From an uncultured bacterium (GTDB taxonomy: Bacteria > Actinomycetota > Actinomycetes > S36-B12), in NCBI GenBank assembly GCA_963736365.1, contig CAVTOM010000007.1:326654-390653 (forward strand): a stretch of 64,000 bases of DNA, written 5' to 3'. This document shows, in pieces, positions 48,028-56,873 of this stretch. How positions within the stretch are numbered: position 1 is the stretch's first letter; each line of letters opens with the position of its first letter. The notes under the pieces are model-generated. The model worked only from the letters and a program-made list of their open reading frames with translations, was not told the origin of the DNA and did not search any database. Both the position numbers and the translations under genes were made by a program.

Positions 48028-48936
48028 TCCGCCGGTCGACACCGCGACGACTCCGGTCGGTGACTCGATGAGCGCCAGCAGCGCGTCGTAGGCCGTGGCG
48101 TCGGCATCGACGTGACTCGATCCGGACGGCGCTGGCGTCGGCTCGACCGCGGCACGCACGGGCACCACCGACAGCCGCCGCAGGATCCGGTCGGCACCGA
48201 GGAACTCGGCCACGTCGGCCGTGGCCGGCCGCCCCAGGACCTCCGCGGGTGAGCCGACCTGGTCGAGTCGGCCGTGCGGCCCGAGCACCGCGATGCGGTC
48301 GGCGAGCACCGTGGCCTCGTCGACGTCGTGCGTGACGAACACGACCGTCGTGCCCAGCTCGCGAACCCACGTGCGGAACTCGGCCTGCAGCCCGCGCCGG
48401 ATCTGCGGGTCGAGGGCGCCGAAGGGCTCGTCCATCAGCAGCAGTGGCGGGGAGGCGGCGAGGGCGCGCGCGACTCCCACGCGCTGCTGCTGGCCGCCGG
48501 AGAGCTGATGCGGGTAGCGGGACGCGAACTGCGCGGGCGGAAGTCCGACGAGCTCCAGCATCTCCGACACGCGTGCGCGGGTGGCTCGTCGGTCCCACCC
48601 GGAGAGCGCGCAGACGGTCCCGACGTTGGACGCCACCGTGCGATGGGGGAACAGCCCGATCTGCTGGATGACATAGCCGATGGTGCGGCGCAGGACGACC
48701 GGGTCCATCGACGCGACGTCGACGCCGCCGACGAGGATGCGCCCGCCATCGGGGTCGAGCATGCGGTTCACGAGCTGGAGGACGGTCGACTTGCCGCAGC
48801 CGGACTGCCCGAGCAGGACGAACACCTCGCCGTCGACGATCGACAGCGAGAGATCAGCGATCGCCGTGACCTGGCCGAAGTCCTTGCGCACGCCGCGCAA
48901 CTCGATGCGCGGGGCGGGTGTCTCCGTAGACTCCAT
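47983..48936 (-). CDS. ABC transporter ATP-binding protein (glycine betaine/osmoprotectant, OpuCA/ProV-like)
   Basis: Intact ORF of 317 aa with GQSGCGKST, LSGGQQQRV and LLLMDEPFGALD. Confidence 0.9.
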   Translation of the reverse strand: MESTETPAPRIELRGVRKDFGQVTAIADLSLSIVDGEVFVLLGQSGCGKSTVLQLVNRMLDPDGGRILVGGVDVASMDPVVLRRTIGYVIQQIGLFPHRTVASNVGTVCALSGWDRRATRARVSEMLELVGLPPAQFASRYPHQLSGGQQQRVGVARALAASPPLLLMDEPFGALDPQIRRGLQAEFRTWVRELGTTVVFVTHDVDEATVLADRIAVLGPHGRLDQVGSPAEVLGRPATADVAEFLGADRILRRLSVVPVRAAVEPTPAPSGSSHVDADATAYDALLALIESPTGVVAVSTGGSLAWPALAALARDT

Positions 48937-48983
48937 GGATGCAGGTCCTGCCCTCTGCTGCCGGGGACAACCCCTGGTTCAGC

Positions 48984-49616
48984 ATGGACTATGTCACACG
49001 GTCGTGGCCCGCGATCCTCGATGCACTGGTGGAGCACATCATCATCACGGTGGTCGCCGTGGGCCTCGCCACTCTCGTCGCCATCCCGCTCGCCCTCGTC
49101 GCCGTCCGGGTCGGCTGGCTCGTCACGCCGTCGCTCGTGCTCTCGGGTCTGCTGTACACGGTGCCGTCGCTGGCGCTGATCACCGGACTGTGGCCCGTGT
49201 TCGGGCTGTCCTCGACGACGGTGATCGTCGCGCTGGCGCTGTACGCCCTGCTCGTGATCCTGCGCAACACGATCGTGGGGCTGCAGGGAGTGCCGGATCA
49301 CGTCATGTCGGCCGCCCGCGGGATGGGGTACCGCGAACACCAGGTGCTGCTGCGCATCGGACTGCCGATCGCCCTGCCGGCGGTGATGGCGGGCATCCGC
49401 CTGGCCACGGTCTCGACGGTCGGGCTCGTGATGATCGGCGCCCTCGTCGGTCACGGCGGACTCGGCCAGATCGTGCTGGCAGCGTTCACGAACAACTTCT
49501 ACCGCGCACCTATCGTGCTGGGGATCGTCCTGACGATGGCGCTGGCACTGGTGCTCGAGTCGGCGCTGTCCGGTGTCCAGGCCCTGCTCACGCCGTGGTC
49601 GCGGAGGCAGGCATGA
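48984..49616 (+). CDS. ABC transporter permease (OpuCB-like)
   Basis: ORF 48939..49616. I prefer the internal ATG at 48984 (MDYVTRSWPAILDAL...), which leaves a 47-nt divergent spacer. The longest start at 48939 is only 2 nt from the ATPase start. Confidence 0.8.
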   Translation: MDYVTRSWPAILDALVEHIIITVVAVGLATLVAIPLALVAVRVGWLVTPSLVLSGLLYTVPSLALITGLWPVFGLSSTTVIVALALYALLVILRNTIVGLQGVPDHVMSAARGMGYREHQVLLRIGLPIALPAVMAGIRLATVSTVGLVMIGALVGHGGLGQIVLAAFTNNFYRAPIVLGIVLTMALALVLESALSGVQALLTPWSRRQA

Positions 49617-50266
49617 CCGTGTGGGACTGGTTCGCCGACCCGGCCAACTGGAGCGGGCCGACCGGCGTGTGGGTGCGCGTGCTGCAGCAGGTCGTCCTGA
49701 CCGGCGTGGCCGTCGGGATCGCGGCCCTGGTGGCGCTGCCGATCGGCGTCGCTGCCGGGCACGCTGGACGATTCGGCGGCGCCGTGACGAGCGTGGCCAA
49801 CCTGGGGCGCGCCGTGCCCACCTTCGCCCTCCTGCTGCTGTTCGCGTCGATCTCGGCGATCGGGGTGGGCACGCTCGCTGCCGTGCTCGCGCTGATCGTC
49901 TTCGCCATCCCTCCCATCATCACGAACGCGTACGTGGGGGTGCGCACGGTGGAGGACCGCGTGCGCTCGGCGGCGGTGGCGATGGGCATGAGCGGCGGAC
50001 AGGTCCTGCGATCGGTCGAGCTTCCGCTCGCGGTGCCGCTCATCTTCGCGGGGCTGCGCACCGCCTTCGTCCAGACCGCCGCCACCGCGACCCTGGCGGC
50101 CTTCGTCGGCGGGGGAGGCCTGGGGCGGCTGATCCTGGACGGCTTCGCGCTCCAGGACCGCGTCATGGTGCTGGCCGGCGTCATCCTCGTGGCAGTGCTG
50201 ACGATGGGCACCGAATTGGTGCTGGCGGGCGCGCAGCGGGTGCTGGCGGCGCCCGCGCAGTCGTGA
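49613..50266 (+). CDS. ABC transporter permease (OpuCD-like)
   Basis: The ATG at 49613 overlaps the previous stop (ATGA). It gives 217 hydrophobic aa at the end of ORF 48680..50266. Confidence 0.85.
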   Translation: MTVWDWFADPANWSGPTGVWVRVLQQVVLTGVAVGIAALVALPIGVAAGHAGRFGGAVTSVANLGRAVPTFALLLLFASISAIGVGTLAAVLALIVFAIPPIITNAYVGVRTVEDRVRSAAVAMGMSGGQVLRSVELPLAVPLIFAGLRTAFVQTAATATLAAFVGGGGLGRLILDGFALQDRVMVLAGVILVAVLTMGTELVLAGAQRVLAAPAQS

Positions 50267-50295
50267 AATCGGTCATATCGGGCTAGGGTTCGCCC

Positions 50296-51315
50296 ATGAC
50301 TGCGAAGCTCAGGATCGCCGCCCTCGTCGCCGCCTCCGCCCTCGTTCTGGCAGCCTGCTCGTCCGCATCGGACTCCGGTTCGCCCTCGTCATCGGCCGCG
50401 GCCCCGGTCGCCTCCGAGTCCGCCAGCGCCGCGGCCAGTGCGGCTGCGAGCCCCGAGTCCAGCGCAGCACCGGTCACGCTCGACGGGCCGGTCACCATCG
50501 GCGCCTTCAACTTCACGGAGAGCCAGATCATGGCCGAGCTGTACGCGGGCGCCCTGCGCAAGGCGGGCATCGAGACCGAGATCGTGCAGTCGACCAACCG
50601 CGAGGTGCTGGAGCCTGCGCTGGAGGCCGGCGAGGTGGAGGTCGTCCCGGAGTACCTCGGGACGTTCGCCGAGTTCCTCAACCTGAAGGTCAACGGCCCC
50701 GACGCCGCGTCGGTCGCCAACAACAACGTCGAGCGCACCCTCGCGGCAGCGAGGGCACTCGCCGAGCCGCTGGGCATCACGCTGCTGGATCCGGCCGAGG
50801 CCGACGACGTCAATGCCTTCGCTGTCACCGAGGACTTCGCGAAGGCGAACTCCCTCGCAACGCTGTCCGACCTCGCGGCGTGGAGCCAGGAGAACGACCT
50901 GCGGATGGCCGGTCCGCCCGAGTGCCCCGAGCGCCCGTTCTGCAAGCCGGGGCTGGAGAACGCGTACGGCATGACCATCGCGGAGTTCGTCCCGCTGGAC
51001 GCCGGCGGCCCGCTGACGAAGGCCGCGATCGATCAGGGCCAGGTCGACATGGGCCTGGTGTTCAGCTCCGACGGCTCGGTCGCGGATCTCGGCTTCGTCG
51101 TGCTCGAGGACGACCTGGGCCTGCAGAACGTCGACAACCTCGTGCCGGCGGTGCGGACCACCGTGGCGACTCCCGAGGTGGTCGCGGCCCTGGACTCCAT
51201 CTCCGCGGTGCTGACCACGGCCGACCTGGTCCAGCTCAACAAGCAGGTCGACATCGACCGGGAGGCGGCGACCGATGCCGCCGCCGCCTGGCTGGCGGCC
51301 AAGGGCCTGGGCTGA
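50296..51315 (+). CDS. Glycine betaine/osmoprotectant ABC substrate-binding lipoprotein
   Basis: Intact ORF of 339 aa with a lipobox (LVLAAC), a Ser/Ala linker and an OpuAC-type body. Confidence 0.88.
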   Translation: MTAKLRIAALVAASALVLAACSSASDSGSPSSSAAAPVASESASAAASAAASPESSAAPVTLDGPVTIGAFNFTESQIMAELYAGALRKAGIETEIVQSTNREVLEPALEAGEVEVVPEYLGTFAEFLNLKVNGPDAASVANNNVERTLAAARALAEPLGITLLDPAEADDVNAFAVTEDFAKANSLATLSDLAAWSQENDLRMAGPPECPERPFCKPGLENAYGMTIAEFVPLDAGGPLTKAAIDQGQVDMGLVFSSDGSVADLGFVVLEDDLGLQNVDNLVPAVRTTVATPEVVAALDSISAVLTTADLVQLNKQVDIDREAATDAAAAWLAAKGLG

Positions 51316-51768
51316 GGCGCGACCGACACGCCGTAAGCGCTGTCATCTGACGAGAGACACGTCACATTCACGAGTGCACGGACGGCCCCGTGGGATGTGG
51401 CGCATCTCACGTCACAGACCGCCACAATCGGACATTCCGCCCACGAGGAGCCTCTCCGCGGCCCGCTGCTGAGTGGCTTGATGTCGTTGCGCTGCATAGA
51501 CTTTTCCTCGGATGGCGGCCTTCCCCATGGTGTCTGGCTGACTGAGTTCGTCAGCGACCAGCGCTGGCCGTCCGGCGAAGCACGACTTCGCGATGACCCG
51601 GCGGTAGCCGCCGCCGGGAGCCGGGTGACCAGCACCGTCAGGGCGTGAGACTCGCTCCTGACTGGCGCGCGGCTGGAGAGCCAGGCGAGGCGGACCAGAG
51701 TCCTCGCTGCGGCAGGGACCCCCATCGCGTCCACGCACCGGTCCGCCGGTGCTGTCGCAAGAGGATGT

Positions 51769-52449
51769 ATGTCGAAGAGCAGGATCGTTCGGGGCGCCAA
51801 GGGCGTCAGCGTCGTGGCAGCGACCGTGCTGCTGACCGCTTCGGTCGGGTCGGCCTCGGCCGCACCGGCACCGGTGGCGGCAGACGTGATCGACGCGGCC
51901 GCGACGGCCACCGTCATGACCGCGGCGCCCACCTCGTGGCGCGGATCCGTCGCAGCGGCGGGTACCGCCGTCAGCGTGAGCGCGGCGACGCGGCCCAGCC
52001 GGGCGGTCAGCGCCCGTCAGGTGCAGGCGGCCGCCTACGCCAAGTTCACCCGATTCACCTTGCAGTCGAAGGCCACCAAGGACATGCGTGGCGTCGAGGC
52101 CAGCCTCTACAAGGGCACGTACTACCGAGCAGCGATCGAGCCCAAGCGCCGCTGCATCGTCGATCGCGAGAGCGAGGGCCACTACGACGTGGTCAACCCG
52201 AGCGGCGCCTACCGCGGCGCGTACCAGGTGTCCGCGTCCCTGGCGCGAGGTGCGACCTGGATGATGCTCAAGGAGCACAAGAGGCTCATGGGCGAGAAGG
52301 CCGCCAAGAAGGTCCTGTCGTCCCTGCGCGCCAAGCCGATGAACACATGGCCGCGCTACTGGCAGGATGCCGCCTTCCACACAGTCGCCAACTGGGAGCA
52401 CACCGGCTCAGGCATCGCGCACTGGGGCGGCGGTCGCTGGCACTGCTGA
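51769..52449 (+). CDS. Secreted transglycosylase-like protein (RES-GxY...GAYQ motif family)
   Basis: The ATG follows AGAGGA. It has a signal peptide (VAATVLLTASVGSASA) and a C-terminal domain with CIVDRESEGHYDVVNPSGAYRGAYQVS. Confidence 0.75.
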   Translation: MSKSRIVRGAKGVSVVAATVLLTASVGSASAAPAPVAADVIDAAATATVMTAAPTSWRGSVAAAGTAVSVSAATRPSRAVSARQVQAAAYAKFTRFTLQSKATKDMRGVEASLYKGTYYRAAIEPKRRCIVDRESEGHYDVVNPSGAYRGAYQVSASLARGATWMMLKEHKRLMGEKAAKKVLSSLRAKPMNTWPRYWQDAAFHTVANWEHTGSGIAHWGGGRWHC

Positions 52450-52462
52450 CGCGCGTCCGGCG

Positions 52463-52497
52463 GCGATGAGCCGACGACGGCGTCGTCGGCTCATCGC
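52463..52497. terminator. 16-bp perfect hairpin with a 3-nt loop between convergent genes
   Basis: GCGATGAGCCGACGAC-GGC-GTCGTCGGCTCATCGC. The right arm includes the LysR stop codon. Confidence 0.6.
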
Positions 52498-53432
52498 GCC
52501 GCGCGGGACAGTCGCTTGCGGCACTCGGTCTTGGCGATGCGGACGAACCGCGCTGCAGCCGGCATCGGCGTAGCGCCGTTGGGCACCGCGATCAGGATCG
52601 TGCGCGGGTCCAGCGGCGGGTCGAGTCGCTTGACGACGATGCCCGGATCGGCAGTGTCCACCGCGAGCAGGGGCATGACCGCCGGTCCCATTCCGGCCCG
52701 GACCATGCCCTGCATGGCGCCGTTGTCGTTGCTGCGGAACGCGTACTTCGGCCGGACGCCCGTGGCGCGGAGCCCGTCGTCGATCGCCGCCTGGCAGTCG
52801 CATGCGTGCTGGCCGACCATCGCGACATCGGCCAGGGCCCGGGTCGGGAACGTCCGGCCTGGATGCTGCAGCGCGAACTCGCTGTCCGTGCCGAGCACCG
52901 CGACGAACGGGTCGAAGCCCAGCTCCACGATGTCGAGCCGACTGTCCTCGTAGGGCCCGGTCAGGAAGGTCACGTCGATCTGGCCGTCCAGCAGGTCGTC
53001 GATGAGGCTGTCGTTGTCGTCGTGCTCGATGAGACTGATCGCGATGTTCGGCGCCGCTGCCCGCATCTCGCGGACCACCTCGGGAAGCAGCTGCACGGAG
53101 ACGCTCTGGTAGGTGCCGATCCGCAGCCGGCCAGCCGTGCCGGACGCGAGGTCGGCCAGGTCGAGCTCGGCGGCGGCGAGGCGCTCGGCGATGGCGTCGG
53201 CGTGCGCGAGCAGCAGGCGGCCGGCGGGGGTGAGCGTCACGGGGCGCGGTCCGCCGGGTCGGTCGAAGAGCGGCTGGCCCACGGCCTTCTCCAGCCCGCC
53301 GATCTGCTGGCTGATCGCCGCCTGCGAGAAGCCGAGGACGTCGGCCGCGCCCACGAAGGATCCCTCCTCGGCCACCGCGCGGAGGGCGTTGAGGTGCCTG
53401 ATCTGGATGTCGTCGAAGGACATAGGCATCAC
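52491..53432 (-). CDS. LysR-family transcriptional regulator
   Basis: Intact. It has an HTH (IRHLNALRAVAEEGSFVGAADVLGFSQAAISQQI). Alternative starts lie at 53429 and 53423. Confidence 0.88.
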   Translation of the reverse strand: MMPMSFDDIQIRHLNALRAVAEEGSFVGAADVLGFSQAAISQQIGGLEKAVGQPLFDRPGGPRPVTLTPAGRLLLAHADAIAERLAAAELDLADLASGTAGRLRIGTYQSVSVQLLPEVVREMRAAAPNIAISLIEHDDNDSLIDDLLDGQIDVTFLTGPYEDSRLDIVELGFDPFVAVLGTDSEFALQHPGRTFPTRALADVAMVGQHACDCQAAIDDGLRATGVRPKYAFRSNDNGAMQGMVRAGMGPAVMPLLAVDTADPGIVVKRLDPPLDPRTILIAVPNGATPMPAAARFVRIAKTECRKRLSRAAR

Positions 53433-53517
53433 GCTATCTGATCGACACGATAAAAATCCATCGCTTTTCTTTATGTAGCCGGTTGCCTACCATGGTTGAA
53501 GACGAAAGGAGCACCAC

Positions 53518-53796
53518 ATGTTCACCGACACCCACACGACCACGGCGCGCATCAAGTCCCTGGACTTCACGCTCGAGGCTGGTGGCATCACCGCTGACCC
53601 GGTGAACCTGCTGCTCCTCGCGCACACCGCGCGCGATCTCGGAGTCAACGAGCTCCTGGTCAGCCTCATGGTCGACGAGGACGAGCCCGAGGTCGTGCGC
53701 ATCCGCGCCTACGCCCGTGTCGCCGTCCAGGTCGCCGCGCGCCTGCGCGACGCCCAGGTCGCCGCTGAGGAGCGCGAGCTCCAGCACGCCTGCTGA
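53518..53796 (+). CDS. Small hypothetical protein divergent from the LysR gene
   Basis: The ATG follows GAAAGGAG. It gives 92 aa and is followed by a strong hairpin. Confidence 0.6.
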   Translation: MFTDTHTTTARIKSLDFTLEAGGITADPVNLLLLAHTARDLGVNELLVSLMVDEDEPEVVRIRAYARVAVQVAARLRDAQVAAEERELQHAC

Positions 53797-53813
53797 CGCA
53801 CTCCGCACACGTT

Positions 53814-53845
53814 CGAGGGGCGGGTCCGAATGGACCCGCCCCTCG
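53814..53845. terminator. 14-bp perfect hairpin (CGAGGGGCGGGTCC-GAAT-GGACCCGCCCCTCG) between convergent genes
   Basis: Read directly. It lies 18 nt after the stop at 53796. Confidence 0.65.
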
Positions 53846-53858
53846 TCGTTCGTCCGGG

Positions 53859-54302
53859 CTAGGCGGCCTTGGCGCCGCCGACTCGACCGGACAGGTTGAG
53901 CAGGGCCACGCCGATGAGCACGAAGACGATGCCGACCCCGATCGCCATGAAGGCGACGCCGAACGCGAGCACCGAGGTGAACAGCGAGGCGCGGAGGAAC
54001 GATCCGTTCATCGCCACCTCGCGCAGCGGGTCCTCACGGTCGAGCTGGGCGTAGGTCTTGCCACCCGTCGCCTCGAGCGCATGGTGGGCGATGATGTCCG
54101 CCTCGCAGTACGCCGCGAACGGGCCGTTGACCGCCTGGCCGCCGAGGCAGCTGGCGTCGTCCGACACGGTGATGTTCTCGGCTGACAGCGTGCTGCTGAC
54201 CTGCGCGTACGTGACGGCGCCGGTGACGACCATGATCGCGCCGATGACCATGACGACGATGCTTACCCACTTGGCGGTGCCGGATCCTGAATGACCGGAC
54301 AT
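53859..54302 (-). CDS. Two-TM membrane protein (hypothetical)
   Basis: The ATG at 54302 follows GGGGAGG (MSGHSGSGTAKWVSIVVMVIGAIMVV...). It has a C-terminal TM helix. Confidence 0.6.
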   Translation of the reverse strand: MSGHSGSGTAKWVSIVVMVIGAIMVVTGAVTYAQVSSTLSAENITVSDDASCLGGQAVNGPFAAYCEADIIAHHALEATGGKTYAQLDREDPLREVAMNGSFLRASLFTSVLAFGVAFMAIGVGIVFVLIGVALLNLSGRVGGAKAA

Positions 54303-54527
54303 GTTGTTTGAGCCTCCCCACGTCGGCCAACCCTTGACCGACACCGTCCACCTTCCTCCGGTCGACGGCCGATGGGAAGCAGGTGCACGCTCAACTACCT
54401 GTCCAGAACACAGGTCAGGACGAAAGACCCCCTCCGCGCCGGGACGTACGGCCGTTGAACGCTCAACAAGTGGTGGGCGATCGGTGACGGAGGTCCCGTC
54501 GGCGTCGCCGATGCGGGCGGGCGGGCG

Positions 54528-55262
54528 TCAGCGGCTGACGAGCGTGGCGTCGAAGGTGTGCGCGTCGGCCCGGTAGCAGTGGCACGCATACTCGATGGCG
54601 CGGCCGGAGTCGTCGAACGAGGTCCGCTGCATGGTGAGCAGGGGCGCACCCGACGTGACGTCGAGCAACGACGCCTCACGCTTCGTCGCGGCCCGGGCTC
54701 CGATGCGCTGGTGCGCGATGCGCAGGTTCACGCCCGAGCCGCGCATCAACTCATACAGCCCGTGCGCCTCGAGCGTCTCGGTGTCGACGGGGACGACCCC
54801 GCCCGGCAGCCAGTTCTGCATCAGCGCGATGGGGGTGTCGCCCTGCAGCCGCAGGCGCTCGAGATACGTGACCGCCGTCCCGGCCGCCAGGCTGAGGGCT
54901 GCGGCAACGTCGTCGTCGGCCGCCACCTCGCGCAGGTCCAGGACGCGAGTGGCCGGACGCCGTCCGGCGGCGGCGAGGTCGTCGAACAGGCTGGTGAGCT
55001 CCAGCGGGCGATGCACCTGGGGTGCGACCACCTGGGTCCCCACCCCGCGCCGGCGGACCAGCAGGCCCTTGCTGACCAGTTCCTGCACCGCCTGGCGCAC
55101 GGTGGGCCGGCCCAGTCCGAGCCGCTCGGCGAGCTCGGTCTCGGTGTCGATTCGGTCGCCGGGGGACAGGCGCCCGTCGCGGATCGCCTCCTCGAGCTGC
55201 TGGGCGACCTGGAAGTACAGCGGCACGCGGCTCGTCCGATCCAGGCTGAGGGCGACGTCCAC
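54528..55262 (-). CDS. GntR-family (HutC/FadR-type, UTRA effector domain) transcriptional regulator
   Basis: Intact ORF of 244 aa with a GTG start and a winged HTH (RIDTETELAERLGLGRPTVRQAVQELVSKGLL). Confidence 0.88.
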   Translation of the reverse strand: MDVALSLDRTSRVPLYFQVAQQLEEAIRDGRLSPGDRIDTETELAERLGLGRPTVRQAVQELVSKGLLVRRRGVGTQVVAPQVHRPLELTSLFDDLAAAGRRPATRVLDLREVAADDDVAAALSLAAGTAVTYLERLRLQGDTPIALMQNWLPGGVVPVDTETLEAHGLYELMRGSGVNLRIAHQRIGARAATKREASLLDVTSGAPLLTMQRTSFDDSGRAIEYACHCYRADAHTFDATLVSR

Positions 55263-55303
55263 AGTCGCACGATACGACGGTGCCGAGCATTTGTAAAGAC
55301 ATA

Positions 55304-55333
55304 TTGACTATTGCGGAAACGGCGGCGTAGGAT
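55304..55333 (+). promoter_or_regulatory. Sigma-70-like promoter TTGACT-N18-TAGGAT for the mmsA operon, with an adjacent TGTAAAGACA element
   Basis: The -35 is at 55304-55309 and the -10 at 55328-55333, 33 nt before the ATG at 55366. TGT-N4-ACA lies at 55292-55301 in this AT-rich patch. Confidence 0.5.
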
Positions 55334-55365
55334 CCGAGGCATCCGACTACCTGAGGCAGGACCGC

Positions 55366-56859
55366 ATGAGCGCACGCGTCACCCACTGGATCAACGGCCG
55401 GCTGTGGTCCGGCACCGCCGAGCGGACGGGGGACGTGTACGACCCCGCCACCGGACAGGTCACCAAGACCGTGGACTTCGCCTCGCGCGCGACCCTCGAC
55501 GACGCGGTCGCGGTCGCGAAGGCCGCCTACCCCGCGTGGCGTGACGCGTCGCTGACCAAGCGCACCCAGGTGCTGTTCGCCTTCCGCGAGCTGCTCAACG
55601 CGAACAAGGAGAAGGTCGCGGCGCTCATCACCGACGAGCACGGGAAGGTGCTCAGCGACGCCCTCGGCGAGGTGACCCGCGGCCAGGAGGTCGTCGAGTT
55701 CGCCTGTGGCATCCCGCACCTGCTGAAGGGCGGGTTCTCGGAGGGCGTGTCGACCGGCGTGGACGTCTACTCCATCCGGCAGCCACTGGGCGTGGTCGGG
55801 ATCATCTCGCCATTCAACTTCCCGGCCATGGTCCCGATGTGGTTCTTCCCGATCGCCATCGCGACCGGCAACACCGTGATCGTGAAGCCGAGCGAGAAGG
55901 ACCCCTCGGCGATCATGCTGATCGCCGAGCTCTGGAAGCAGGCGGGCCTGCCCGACGGCGTCTTCAATGTCGTCCACGGCGACAAGGAGGCCGTCGACGG
56001 ACTCCTTGAGAACCGCGACGTGAAGAGCATCTCGTTCGTCGGCTCCACTCCCATCGCGCAGTACATCTACGAGACCGGCACCCGCAACGGCAAGCGGGTC
56101 CAGGCGCTGGGCGGCGCGAAGAACCACATGCTGGTCCTTCCGGACGCCGACCTCGACCTGGCCGCCGATCAGGCGGTCAACGCCGGGTTCGGCTCGGCGG
56201 GGGAGCGGTGCATGGCCATCTCCGTCGTCCTCGCCGTCGATCCGATCGGCGACGAGCTGGTCGCGAAGATCGCCCAGCGCATGCCGTCGCTGACGACCGG
56301 TGACGGGCGTCGCGGCACGGACATGGGCCCGCTCGTCACCGGCGTGCACCGCGACAAGGTGCGGTCGTACGTCGACGCGGGTGAGGCCGCGGGAGCGACG
56401 CTGGTCGTCGACGGACGCGAGATCAAGGTCGACGGCGACGAGAACGGCTTCTGGCTGCTGCCGACGCTCTTCGACCACGTCACCACCGACATGAGCATCT
56501 ACTCCGACGAGATCTTCGGCCCCGTGCTCAGCGTGGTCCGGGTGCCCTCGTTCGAGGCAGGCGTCCAGCTCATCAACGATCATCCGTACGGCAACGGCAC
56601 TGCGATCTTCACGAATGACGGCGGTGCTGCCCGCCGGTTCCAGAACGAGATCGAGGTGGGAATGATCGGCGTGAACGTGCCGATCCCGGTGCCGATGGCC
56701 TACTACTCCTTCGGCGGATGGAAGGCGTCGCTGTTCGGCGACTCGCACGCGCACGGCGCGGACGGCGTGCACTTCTTCACCCGCGGCAAGGTCGTCACGA
56801 GCCGGTGGCTTGACCCGAGCCACGGCGGCATCAACCTCGGATTCCCCACCCAGTCCTGA
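55366..56859 (+). CDS. mmsA: CoA-acylating methylmalonate/malonate-semialdehyde dehydrogenase
   Basis: Intact ORF of 497 aa (HWINGRLW..., FNFPAMVPMWFFPIAIATGNT, catalytic GERCMA). Confidence 0.92.
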   Translation: MSARVTHWINGRLWSGTAERTGDVYDPATGQVTKTVDFASRATLDDAVAVAKAAYPAWRDASLTKRTQVLFAFRELLNANKEKVAALITDEHGKVLSDALGEVTRGQEVVEFACGIPHLLKGGFSEGVSTGVDVYSIRQPLGVVGIISPFNFPAMVPMWFFPIAIATGNTVIVKPSEKDPSAIMLIAELWKQAGLPDGVFNVVHGDKEAVDGLLENRDVKSISFVGSTPIAQYIYETGTRNGKRVQALGGAKNHMLVLPDADLDLAADQAVNAGFGSAGERCMAISVVLAVDPIGDELVAKIAQRMPSLTTGDGRRGTDMGPLVTGVHRDKVRSYVDAGEAAGATLVVDGREIKVDGDENGFWLLPTLFDHVTTDMSIYSDEIFGPVLSVVRVPSFEAGVQLINDHPYGNGTAIFTNDGGAARRFQNEIEVGMIGVNVPIPVPMAYYSFGGWKASLFGDSHAHGADGVHFFTRGKVVTSRWLDPSHGGINLGFPTQS

Positions 56860-56873
56860 GCCAGGAGGCCTCG

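Noticed and set aside
48939-48983. The ATG at 48939 as the permease start, only 2 nt from the divergent ATPase start.
   Set aside because: The internal ATG at 48984 gives an N-terminus (MDYVTRSWPAILDAL...) that resembles OpuCB-type permeases and leaves a spacer. The longer start cannot be excluded.
51412-51600. The minus-strand ORF tail (…AKSCFAGRPALVADELSQPDTMGKAAIRGKVYAAQRHQATQQRAAERLL…) as a transposase or toxin-antitoxin remnant.
   Set aside because: It has no DDE, HTH or toxin motif that I can recognise, and there are no flanking inverted repeats. It is kept only as part of the unexplained 453-bp region.
51316-51768. c-di-AMP (ydaO-type) riboswitch upstream of the transglycosylase-like gene.
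   Set aside because: I could not find the conserved blocks, such as GGGGACCCA...GGGGUGAAUC...CAGCUAACCUCG. Only a loose GGGACCCCCA is present. A covariance-model scan is needed for a definitive answer.
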